This document shows, in pieces, positions 18,105-26,574 of a stretch of 64,000 bases of DNA. Location of the stretch: contig RDNZ01000002.1 in assembly GCA_011364905.1 (NCBI GenBank), forward strand, positions 102,910-166,909. The letters are read 5' to 3'. How positions within the stretch are numbered: position 1 is the first letter of the stretch; each line of letters starts with the position of its first letter. Below the pieces are notes generated by a model that worked only from the letters and a program-made list of their open reading frames with translations, made no database searches and was not told where the DNA came from. The DNA is from Candidatus Thorarchaeota archaeon. GTDB taxonomy: Archaea; Asgardarchaeota; Thorarchaeia; Thorarchaeales; Thorarchaeaceae. Both the position numbers and the translations under genes were made by a program.

Positions 18105-20452
18105 ACCTCGGACCCAACCTCCTCTGATTGACGCAGAGCCATGCTACCCTTCATGGTTATCCGATAATTCTTGTAGGAAACTCCTGCATGGGACTCGCTA
18201 CCACGAAGAATCAGACTCGCATTCTCCAACCGTGCAAGAATAGCCTCGATGTCAACCTCCGTATGGCCCTTTGCGTTGAGAAAACGTCTGACAGACTCCT
18301 CAGTGAGAGGCTCGTAGCGGGTAAGGAGCTTAAGAATCTCTTTCACAGATGCTCTGTCTCGTCCTCCAACCACAGCAAGTAGTGTTTTTGGTTTCCCTGC
18401 TTCGGGCCCGTCATCCGTTTTAGTTAGACTAGGCCTCGGAAGCATGTCAACTCCCTCATTGGATAGTGTTCTAAGCCCTGGTTCAGGTGCAATCTTGAAT
18501 GGCATACAAGTCTTTGCCTGTTCGTGCGACATGAGAGCATAGCCTCGCTCCATTACTCTCAGGAACGAACCTTCTCGCGATGATTGACGCGCCTTGCTAT
18601 GAATTCCTGTCCCAACAACATCTAATGACAAGAGGTCAGATACATAAGCAATATCAGCGGACTCCCGCAACCTTAGAGCGATACATGAACCAAAGGCGTC
18701 CGCCGCATCCCACATTAAGGCTGATGGGTTGTTTACACTGAGTATAAGAGGTCCTCTCTTGAGGAGCCTCCGAACGATTCTCTCAGCCATTACCCCCCGT
18801 TTGGTATACCTGAAAGTGCTTTTATTTGTGACAAGATGTTCAGGCATATCAATGACAGTGACCAAATCAGATTCTTTTGCAAGTCCTGACAATTTGAGGC
18901 TCATAAGATCCAGTGCAAACATATCGAGATCAAGAGCTCCAATCGCGAGGTTCACAACTACAAGCTCATGAGAGGCGATCCTACTAAGAGAAATCGTCTG
19001 AGTACCATAGAATGCTTTTGCTCCTGACCCCTGATAGAGCCTCTTGATGGCATCGAGCGCAAGTGCTGAAGACTTGGATAATCTAACATTCTGTGGAGGG
19101 ACTGCACCCTCCTGAAGGGATTCATGCTCAGGATCAATAACTACATCGGCGAGTGTTCCATTCCCGAGAGCAACCACTCTGCTCAATGCAACCTCAAAGT
19201 CAGCGGCTGGGCTGAGATTAGTCCCAGCAAGAGTTTCCAATAGCAGTAGCAACTCCGAAACATACTGTGTTCTGGGAATTCCCTCAGAGTCCACAGGATT
19301 CAGTACAAAGTCCTTCCCGAGACTAACGGCGAGACCGCTGGAGCTGACACCAGCCAGACTTTGGCAATCATCGTTTATTGTGAGCACTAGAACCTTCTTT
19401 CCCTTGGCTAAAATCTGGTCAATAAGAACACTGAGAACTTGCTTTCGATCCCGCCAATCTCCTCCGCATAATAAGAGACCACGTTCAAGGTCAGAATGCA
19501 TCAACCCCACTGAGGGACCTGTCTTTAGGGTTTCGGGATTCACAACAACGCCCAGAGGGTAGTCATCAGACCTGCTTCTTATTGGCGCAATGAACTCCCC
19601 CGGAACGTTACTTCCCACCTCAGGACCTAGTTCGCTTGGCAGTTGTACTAGCCACTCTGCCAACTCCTTTCCTGTGGCAAAGAAAGTGGGCGAACTGCTA
19701 CAGAGGTCCCACTCTTCAAGTCTTTGGCCAAGGTCTTTCTCCTTCAACCTCCTAAAGCCGCTGTCAGGAACACTCCCTTTCACTTGCCCCTCAACTAGTC
19801 GGACGTCAGATTCCGTATGAGAATGTCCAACAAAATACAGCTGTGAACGCCAGAGCCCCCCCCGTGCATGAAAGTAGGTCTTCCTCTGTGATGAGGAAAT
19901 ATGATTGAGATATCTCTCGATTATGGAAGTGACAACACCATCTCTTGCAACCTGTTTTGAGTCAGATGGAAACAGATCTGCAACCATCAAGAAACCATGT
20001 GAACTGTCTAGACCTCGAAGAAGTTTGCTTAGATTTCCTTGTAGGATTGGCCGAGCTTTCTTCATGTTGAGTGCAATGAGATGGCTTTCCTTTCCAAGAC
20101 CCCTACAATGTAGCGATTTTTTCTCTTCACTGTAACTCACATCTGGGTCGGGTACCCTATACCAACTAGTATCATCGAGCGACCGAGTTTCAAGGTAGTT
20201 TTGAATCAAGGGCAGAACAAGCATCAGCATTAGGATTATTCCAGTAATGAATATCGTGACATAAGGCAGCTGAATCACTGTAATCATAATAACCAATGAG
20301 AGTCCAAGAGCATAATCCCATGGAAGCTTGACTGACCTGTCATCCCATCGTATCTCTGTGTCTGTCGTTATGGTCATGCCAGACGCCTCAAGCTGGTCCA
20401 TAGGATCCTGCGCAGGCTCTGAGCCCATGATGTTCCCTCGTTTCTTAGTCAA
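18101..20452 (-). CDS. Membrane-anchored HerA/VirB4-like P-loop protein, catalytically degenerate, with C-terminal winged helix
   Basis: N-terminal TM pair. DLERGLLLCGGDWRDRKQ sits at the Walker A position, followed by KVLVL, FVLNP, VIDMPEH (Walker B position), GPLILSVNNPS and IALRL. C-terminal LARLENASLI...YRITMKG. Confidence 0.7.
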   Translation of the reverse strand: MTKKRGNIMGSEPAQDPMDQLEASGMTITTDTEIRWDDRSVKLPWDYALGLSLVIMITVIQLPYVTIFITGIILMLMLVLPLIQNYLETRSLDDTSWYRVPDPDVSYSEEKKSLHCRGLGKESHLIALNMKKARPILQGNLSKLLRGLDSSHGFLMVADLFPSDSKQVARDGVVTSIIERYLNHISSSQRKTYFHARGGLWRSQLYFVGHSHTESDVRLVEGQVKGSVPDSGFRRLKEKDLGQRLEEWDLCSSSPTFFATGKELAEWLVQLPSELGPEVGSNVPGEFIAPIRSRSDDYPLGVVVNPETLKTGPSVGLMHSDLERGLLLCGGDWRDRKQVLSVLIDQILAKGKKVLVLTINDDCQSLAGVSSSGLAVSLGKDFVLNPVDSEGIPRTQYVSELLLLLETLAGTNLSPAADFEVALSRVVALGNGTLADVVIDPEHESLQEGAVPPQNVRLSKSSALALDAIKRLYQGSGAKAFYGTQTISLSRIASHELVVVNLAIGALDLDMFALDLMSLKLSGLAKESDLVTVIDMPEHLVTNKSTFRYTKRGVMAERIVRRLLKRGPLILSVNNPSALMWDAADAFGSCIALRLRESADIAYVSDLLSLDVVGTGIHSKARQSSREGSFLRVMERGYALMSHEQAKTCMPFKIAPEPGLRTLSNEGVDMLPRPSLTKTDDGPEAGKPKTLLAVVGGRDRASVKEILKLLTRYEPLTEESVRRFLNAKGHTEVDIEAILARLENASLILRGSESHAGVSYKNYRITMKGSMALRQSEEVGSEV

Positions 20453-20722
20453 CTAGGTCCTTCCCCCTTGTCTTGCCAAGACTTTCAACATCATCTTAAT
20501 GCGAATCAGCATTTTCTGATCTGAAGAGTTCACCACTAGTGAATCGTTCATAATGACCAGCTCAGGATGCTCATGCTTCGAAGGATGCCCGAGTACCATT
20601 AGAACTGGCTCCTTGGATACAGTTGTCCAAGTGTATCCATGGCCCCGTTTCAGGAAGTCCATCACCGCGTCAGCCTCCACACCTGATGGAATGTTTAGTG
20701 ATACATCCTCACCCACTGACAA
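20453..20722 (-). CDS. Small hypothetical protein (89 aa)
   Basis: Translationally coupled on both sides. Confidence 0.7.
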   Translation of the reverse strand: MSVGEDVSLNIPSGVEADAVMDFLKRGHGYTWTTVSKEPVLMVLGHPSKHEHPELVIMNDSLVVNSSDQKMLIRIKMMLKVLARQGGRT

Positions 20723-21302
20723 CGCCTCCTGTGTTCACCAGTTGCATCTCGTAGAGTCCTGCACGCTCCACAGGTGTATGAGGATAGGATGAACGCATGG
20801 CACTCTCTAACGTTGTCACATCATCAAACACCTTCTCAGCCAACATCCTGATTATGCGTGCCCCATTCCAAAATCGGAGAGACCGTCTGACAACCTGCAT
20901 ACCAACCAGCGTTGAGTTGTCATCCAAAGGGCGACACACGAAGAACCGAACCTCACATTGACTCTCTTTCTTGAACTGCTCACTCATAGCTCTCAGTACC
21001 TGTTTGGCTGCGTGCGAAACATCAATCCCCAAGGGTACGCTAGCCAGTAAGCAACCTGCTTGAACCTCTACAGTCCAATTGCGACGAATGGCCATGGTGC
21101 CGGTTGCCTCATCCCAGAATACAACGACGGGTCGTTTCCATAAAACGAAGAGAGCGATTACTAGAGACGCTAAACCAATCCCAACCAAGGTCTCGAAAGC
21201 AAATCTTCCTTTGGGGTCCATGATGATTCTAGTTGACCATGCCGCCAGAACAGCAGCTGGAACAGTCCATTTCACCCACTCATAATCCTGGTAATTCCTC
21301 AT
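20709..21302 (-). CDS. Membrane protein with 2 N-terminal TM segments
   Basis: Two hydrophobic segments followed by an alpha/beta domain; GGAGG RBS. Confidence 0.75.
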   Translation of the reverse strand: MRNYQDYEWVKWTVPAAVLAAWSTRIIMDPKGRFAFETLVGIGLASLVIALFVLWKRPVVVFWDEATGTMAIRRNWTVEVQAGCLLASVPLGIDVSHAAKQVLRAMSEQFKKESQCEVRFFVCRPLDDNSTLVGMQVVRRSLRFWNGARIIRMLAEKVFDDVTTLESAMRSSYPHTPVERAGLYEMQLVNTGGVVSG

Positions 21303-21305
21303 TCA

Positions 21306-23243
21306 TCACACCCTCCTCACAAACATCCCGATGGCGTCTCGCAGCTCATCCTCTCCTCTGTATGGCCAGAGATCTGCGGCTGTGTCCTCTCCGAATACGT
21401 CAATGTGTTTCAAGAACCGCTTGTCTAATAGCACAACTATGCCTTGATCCTCCGGTGACCTCCTGAGTCTTCCTGCCATTTGTGCAACTTTTCGTATTGA
21501 TGGTACAACCACAGCATAATAGTACCCTGAGCCAGCTCCGTATCTTCGATCATAGAAGTCCTGCAACGCTTTTTGATGACTTGTCGGAGGACTGAATGGT
21601 ATCCCCACACCAATAATGAGGTCCACCATGCTAGACCCCGCCTCCACCAAGTCTACTCCTTCGCTCACCTTTCCACCATAAACACAGAACAAGGCATGGG
21701 GCTGCGAGGCGAGAGCTTCCTTCACATCATCAATTCTACTGCGTCTATCCTCAATAAGACGCTCTCGAAATCCTGCGTTTACTCCAAAACTCAAGACATC
21801 TCGCATGATTGCATAGCTCGGGAAAGCAATCATGGCGCTCTTGTTGGCGGGAACTGCCTCGAGTACGGTTTCGATCCTCTCACTCAAAGTACGCCAAAGG
21901 TCAGGTCCTCTGGACTTGTAGCTTGTTGATACTTCTCTGTCCACTAGAATGAGCCTTGTTCCTCGTGGATAGGGACTGGAAAGTTCCTCACCTTTTGCAC
22001 TACCAATTCCAAGTATTCGTTTGTAGTGAGAGAGTGGTCTCAGAGTTCCAGACATAAGGAGCGAGGAGCGTGCCATCCTGAGTATCGGAGCAATTAGTCC
22101 AGCAGCATTCAGTGGACGAATCTTCAGGATAACGCGCATGATGTCTTGGTGCTCCTCCCAGCCGGTTGACTTCTCAATGGTGACCAACCAGTCATCACTC
22201 TCGGTAGCTTTTCTTCCAGCATAGAGGAAAGACACTAGTCGATCCACTGGTGTGTCAACAGGGACAGTCTCATCCGCACCTTCAAGCAGAGTACTATACT
22301 CGATGAGCTGTTCCAAATCGCCTTGTGCAGCAAAACGCGGATAAGCGTCCCACTTGTCAAGACATCGTTCGTCCTTCAATGTGTCGAGATTCACCGAAAC
22401 GGTCTCCCAAAGAAAATCGACTGTTTCCTCCAACCAACGCACACCAGTTTCTTTGACGATGTCGCGCTTGTGCTCTCTGAGCCATAGCAAGTCAGCCCCA
22501 CGCAGCTCCGCAGCCTCAGCCTCTAGAACATGAGATGAGAGGTTATGAGCCTCATCCACAAGGATGTCAATCTCGTACAAGCCAATTCCTAGCGATGAAA
22601 GAAGGGCCATTTGGACACGGCTTCTAAACAGGTAGTCATAGGGACCAACAATGACTCTACTTTTCTTAGCGCACCATCTAAGCACCTCGTAGGGACACAT
22701 ACCATTGTCACGGCCAACATCCTCAGCTACCGACTGACTCACGACATTGTCTTTGAGGAGCTCATCTATAGTTTCTAGGAATGCCTGACGAGGTTGATGT
22801 CGTCCATCAGCATTTCTTCTGTAGCAATTCCAATAATAGGTGCAGTTGCCCGTTTTGACAAGGGCTGCGCACTCACGCATGAAACCCAACGAAGAAATAT
22901 GCCTCATCTGACCCTTCATGGGACACACGTGTTTCCTAGAAACCATGCTGGTAGCTGTAAGCAGTGTATCCTGGGTGTAGATGCGTAATTGTGTGAGTTC
23001 TTCCTCGAACACCTTTGATTGCGAGTGAGTTCGGGTAAGCACGAGTAATCGTGACTCAGGATCATTCACACGTGCAGCCAAGTAACCGGACAGAGCCGCA
23101 ATGGTCTTTCCGATTCCGCAGTCGGCAGAGAGTAGACCCACCGTTCCCTCAGAGAATACTTCCTCTGCATATCGTAATGCGCGTTCTTGGTGCGGTCGTG
23201 GCTCATAGGGGAACCAGTCCATTGGGTCAGGTAGAGTTGCCAT
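21306..23243 (-). CDS. xpd: XPD/Rad3/DinG-family Fe-S DNA helicase
   Basis: Q motif PYEPRPHQ, CGIGKT, four Fe-S Cys (VCP...EC...NC...MCPY), DEAH, SGTL, SEGVD and QMAGRLRR. Confidence 0.93.
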   Translation of the reverse strand: MATLPDPMDWFPYEPRPHQERALRYAEEVFSEGTVGLLSADCGIGKTIAALSGYLAARVNDPESRLLVLTRTHSQSKVFEEELTQLRIYTQDTLLTATSMVSRKHVCPMKGQMRHISSLGFMRECAALVKTGNCTYYWNCYRRNADGRHQPRQAFLETIDELLKDNVVSQSVAEDVGRDNGMCPYEVLRWCAKKSRVIVGPYDYLFRSRVQMALLSSLGIGLYEIDILVDEAHNLSSHVLEAEAAELRGADLLWLREHKRDIVKETGVRWLEETVDFLWETVSVNLDTLKDERCLDKWDAYPRFAAQGDLEQLIEYSTLLEGADETVPVDTPVDRLVSFLYAGRKATESDDWLVTIEKSTGWEEHQDIMRVILKIRPLNAAGLIAPILRMARSSLLMSGTLRPLSHYKRILGIGSAKGEELSSPYPRGTRLILVDREVSTSYKSRGPDLWRTLSERIETVLEAVPANKSAMIAFPSYAIMRDVLSFGVNAGFRERLIEDRRSRIDDVKEALASQPHALFCVYGGKVSEGVDLVEAGSSMVDLIIGVGIPFSPPTSHQKALQDFYDRRYGAGSGYYYAVVVPSIRKVAQMAGRLRRSPEDQGIVVLLDKRFLKHIDVFGEDTAADLWPYRGEDELRDAIGMFVRRV

Positions 23244-23245
23244 CC

Positions 23246-23833
23246 TTATTCCCCCAGGTACAGACAGTTCTCGGCATTATGTATTCTGAACTTTAGAGAA
23301 AAGTAGGAGCGAAGCAACAGATGGAATGTCTTTGCCGCTGCTGGCGAGTTGAAACCGTTCTTTTTGCCCACCATGCTTTCCAGTATCTGAGGGCTGAAAC
23401 CTCTTCTGCGAGCTTGTCTCCAGAAGGTTCTCTCCACCTCCTCTACTGTGGCTTTATAGAAGTCAAGTGTCTGCTTCACTACTCGTTGGAGATACTGCAC
23501 AGCCTCCTTGGCCCTATGAGGGATCTCTGATACCTTCGTTTCAGTGGGGAGATAGACCGCCATACCTTCCCTGCTTTCAAGGTACACCTCCGAAGGTACA
23601 CCTCTGGTACCACGTAGAACCTCAAGATGAGACAGAAGTCGCGGCAGCTGCGAGAGGGTAGGTCTTGCTCTATCTCGCCAATCCACCGTCGTGACCACAT
23701 ATAATTCTGGGTCAGGTTCGTGGTAAGCAACTGGAACGGTGGTCAGTCTGTGGGATGTATCACGCATTAAGAGGTTGGTCATGTTTATGACAGATGCATG
23801 GGATTGATACGCAGGAGGCAGAACCACTGCCAT
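23246..23833 (-). CDS. Hypothetical protein (family Y; distant paralog at 36500)
   Basis: Coupled in the operon; weak motif match to 36500..37252. Confidence 0.75.
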   Translation of the reverse strand: MAVVLPPAYQSHASVINMTNLLMRDTSHRLTTVPVAYHEPDPELYVVTTVDWRDRARPTLSQLPRLLSHLEVLRGTRGVPSEVYLESREGMAVYLPTETKVSEIPHRAKEAVQYLQRVVKQTLDFYKATVEEVERTFWRQARRRGFSPQILESMVGKKNGFNSPAAAKTFHLLLRSYFSLKFRIHNAENCLYLGE

Positions 23834-24273
23834 CAGTATTCGTCCCCCACTGCTTTCAGAATCCCATCCATGTTCACAATTAAGTCCTCGTCCTCCAGCT
23901 GGTCTAAGAACCTAACAGCCTTGTCGATTTCGATGCCTGCTTCCTCGCACTCTTGAAGGACCCTATCACGACTCACTCCTGTTCCACGATTCAAGTCACT
24001 GAGGTCAGACACTATATTCAGCACGCGCTTCTTGACACCAAGACCATGTCTCGACTTGGACCTATGCGTAGTTGGTTTCCTCCAGACAATCCTCTGTATC
24101 TCTAGAAGAGCTCCCTCAACTGAATCGACATACTTCCAATCAGGACTAGGCTCGATTCTTCTGGAACAGAGATTGCACTTTGATTCCTCATCCTCACTGT
24201 ACACAGTAGCGTATCCGGTATAGCCGCAATGAGGACACATGAAGATTCTGTACATCTGTTCCTTTGAGGTCAC
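23833..24273 (-). CDS. Zn-ribbon plus C-terminal winged-helix protein
   Basis: CPHC...CNLC; the C-terminal VSRDRVLQECEEAGIEIDKAVRFLDQLEDEDLI resembles an MCM C-terminal-type WH domain. Confidence 0.75.
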   Translation of the reverse strand: MTSKEQMYRIFMCPHCGYTGYATVYSEDEESKCNLCSRRIEPSPDWKYVDSVEGALLEIQRIVWRKPTTHRSKSRHGLGVKKRVLNIVSDLSDLNRGTGVSRDRVLQECEEAGIEIDKAVRFLDQLEDEDLIVNMDGILKAVGDEY

Positions 24274-25340
24274 TCCTCTTGCTCCTCCTCCTCAGTCTTC
24301 TTTCCCTTCTTCTGTTTCTTCTCGTCCTCGTCATCATCCGGCGAACCTAGAGACCCAAGTTTCTCAGAGATCATCTTTTCGGCGTTTTTCTTCTCTGTTG
24401 CATCGTTGTATAGACCGCCCCAGCCAATATGTACCTCAACATCAAACTCCGGAACTCCCGAGTTGTCCTTGAGTGAAATCTTCCGCTTCTTCTGCGCTCC
24501 GACCCTTGTGAAGAACCGATAGTCAGATGCGTGACTCAGAACATGACCACCAACAGGTGCAGATGGGTTTCCAGACCCATAGGTAGAGATTTGAGTCGTC
24601 ACCTGATTTGTATACACAAAGATGGCATCGGTTGCAAGACCAAGACGACGCATCCAGTTCATCAGGGAGTTGATACTATACTGACGAGATGCCAAAGTAC
24701 CGATGCCAGTGTACTCCTGCCGAAACAGACCGGTAAAGGAGTCTATCACCAGCATGCTGTACTCGCCTTCAGCCAGCATGAGTTGAATCTGCTCGGCATA
24801 CTCCTCCATCTGACTGCTGAGCGCAATAGTTGCCACACTAATGTTACCAAGCACAACCTCTGGATCCAAGCCCCACCGTATCGCATTTGCACGGATATGC
24901 TTGGTTTTGAAAGATGACTCCGTGTCCAACCACAAGATCCTTCCTTCTAAGCCGCCTTGTTCAAGGGGCAACTGGCACCTCACTGCAAGATGGTGACAGA
25001 GGAAAGTCTTCCCTCCTCGCGCATTACCGTATATCTCAACTATTGATCCTGCTTCCAAACCGCCGAAAAGCTTGCTATCCAAGCTTTCAATACCGAACTT
25101 CAGACGCGGGACCTCTGCTTGTTGCTTCTCCAGTTCAATTCCTGACTTGAACCCAAATTTCCCAGTGACATCTCGTGCGTTTCGTATGATCTTCGCAACG
25201 GTTGCTTCACCCAACTTGGTGCGAGTCTGAAGGTCAATAGGATTCTGAACACTGAGTATTTCAGCGGTCGTGACGAAAGCTTCTTTGAGCCGCTTCGCCG
25301 CTGCGGGGCCGACACCTGGAACTGCCTCCACATCGGTCAA
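24270..25340 (-). CDS. radA: Divergent full-length RadA/Rad51-type recombinase
   Basis: N-terminal HhH VPGVGPAAAKRL, GFKSG polymerisation motif, Walker A GNARGGKT, WLDTE, VIDS, FRQEY.G.GTLASRQ, TNQV and PVGGHVLSHAS. Confidence 0.9.
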   Translation of the reverse strand: MTDVEAVPGVGPAAAKRLKEAFVTTAEILSVQNPIDLQTRTKLGEATVAKIIRNARDVTGKFGFKSGIELEKQQAEVPRLKFGIESLDSKLFGGLEAGSIVEIYGNARGGKTFLCHHLAVRCQLPLEQGGLEGRILWLDTESSFKTKHIRANAIRWGLDPEVVLGNISVATIALSSQMEEYAEQIQLMLAEGEYSMLVIDSFTGLFRQEYTGIGTLASRQYSINSLMNWMRRLGLATDAIFVYTNQVTTQISTYGSGNPSAPVGGHVLSHASDYRFFTRVGAQKKRKISLKDNSGVPEFDVEVHIGWGGLYNDATEKKNAEKMISEKLGSLGSPDDDEDEKKQKKGKKTEEEEQEE

Positions 25341-25777
25341 CTGCCAATCATCTCCTCGATTGGCCCCCTCAAAGGCACGAGTTTCTTGAAGGAGTCAAGC
25401 TCCCTACGAGGAATCAAGACTTCCTTTCCATTTCGATAGAGGTCCATTCCTGGAAACAGCGAAACCACAGCTTGCTGTCGTATTGGCGGTAATGAGAAGC
25501 TAAGTCCTTGAGAAGTCATTTCTCCCACGACACTTACATAACCCCCTAAGGTCTCATACAATGACCCGTCTTTGGGAGTCGTCCCAGGTTCAGCTGGTGG
25601 GACCTCCAGCATGAATTTGAAGAGGTCCTCTAGTGACTCGAAGAAATCCCTCCAGTCGGGTCTTGCTTCTCGATGAAATACCTCGTTGATTCCCGCCTTA
25701 GCTCCAGCGATCCAAGCTGGATCAGGTAGTTCATCTATACTATTTGTACTACTTTGCAGATATTCCTGAATGTACAT
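25337..25777 (-). CDS. Hypothetical protein (family X; clear paralog at 37253)
   Basis: GAGGTGA RBS; overlaps the radA start; shares AEPGT.PK and TLGGYVSV.GE with 37253..37720. Confidence 0.85.
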   Translation of the reverse strand: MYIQEYLQSSTNSIDELPDPAWIAGAKAGINEVFHREARPDWRDFFESLEDLFKFMLEVPPAEPGTTPKDGSLYETLGGYVSVVGEMTSQGLSFSLPPIRQQAVVSLFPGMDLYRNGKEVLIPRRELDSFKKLVPLRGPIEEMIGS

Positions 25778-25781
25778 CGCA

Positions 25782-25898
25782 TCACCTCTTTTGATTGAAC
25801 TTCCTCCGTAGAGGCATTGGCATGTTTCGTGCTATTCCTAGATGCCCACTATCTCGATTGATGTCGGACTCGAATGCCTCTGTAAGTTTCAATGACAT
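25782..25898 (-). CDS. Possible 38-aa leader ORF (MSLKLTEAFESDINRDSGHLGIARNMPMPLRRKFNQKR)
   Basis: AGGTGA RBS 6 nt before the ATG; its TGA lies in the RBS of the next gene. It is too short to appear in the supplied ORF track. Confidence 0.45.
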   Translation of the reverse strand: MSLKLTEAFESDINRDSGHLGIARNMPMPLRRKFNQKR

Positions 25899-26077
25899 TC
25901 ATACTCACCTGTCAAAAGATGAGACATCAAATAATATTCAAACTTCCGAGAGTTGACAATAAATGACATAAGAGCCACCTGTCGGAAAAAAAGCTCTAAT
26001 AATATGTCCGATGCAAAAATATGAGTTATTATCATTTATATTTTGATTTTAGATGTTATAATTGCTCTATTGAGTAT

Positions 26078-26098
26078 GCCTTAGGTCCAAAAATGCAA
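26078..26098 (-). promoter_or_regulatory. Shared 21-bp upstream motif, copy 2 (TTGCATTTTTGGACCTAAGGC)
   Basis: Upstream of the recombination operon; 180 bp from the leader ORF ATG. Confidence 0.6.
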
Positions 26099-26339
26099 TA
26101 TATTCTATCTTGTAGCTGCGAATCTGAAGAGTCAGTCCCCATTGCCCCTGCACGTTTCGGCGCCTGATGGAGTAGTTCTCACATATTATTGCGATGCAGA
26201 ACTCACCCCTAAGCATGCTTTTGGCATATCCACTCAGGAGATTGTATCTTGTAGCATGAAACTGACCAGTCTTTTCAGTTGTCTATGTAGGCACGTTTGA
26301 AACGAGTGTGATCAAAATCACAATGCAGTGTTCATTGGA

Positions 26340-26360
26340 TTGCATTTTTCGACCAAAAGC
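26340..26360 (+). promoter_or_regulatory. Shared 21-bp upstream motif, copy 3 (TTGCATTTTTCGACCAAAAGC)
   Basis: 18/21 identical to copy 2, on the opposite strand; 215 bp upstream of the GH3 gene. Confidence 0.6.
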
Positions 26361-26574
26361 CATGCTGAAAAATGTGTCAAAATTCGATTTTTGGTGTTTA
26401 GAGCGTTTAAAGCAGATATTTCTCTATCGGAAGCATCGATACAGCTCATATCAAATGTAACACGGCCCATAGATGAGAGGCAAGTTCTACCGACCACTTA
26501 TGATATTCCGTTTCTACCAACTCCTGTAGTATCGGGAAGTTCTCTTCCCTAAAACCTACGGAGGCAAAGAACAG

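Noticed and set aside
12807-19820. Long plus-strand ORFs (e.g. 12807..13412, 13700..14314, 14667..15377)
   Set aside because: Antisense shadows of well-supported minus-strand genes, with Ser/Thr-rich composition and no motifs.
10872-26098. Motif copies 1 and 2 as attL/attR direct repeats of an integrated element carrying the operon
   Set aside because: No integrase, relaxase or tRNA target in the window, and the repeats are imperfect (18/21). Two more copies occur elsewhere, each oriented with a downstream gene, which fits a regulatory site better.
25778-26574. Replication origin (AT-rich core with inverted elements)
   Set aside because: No ORB consensus (TTCCAGTGGAAA...GGGG) and no adjacent orc1/cdc6 gene.
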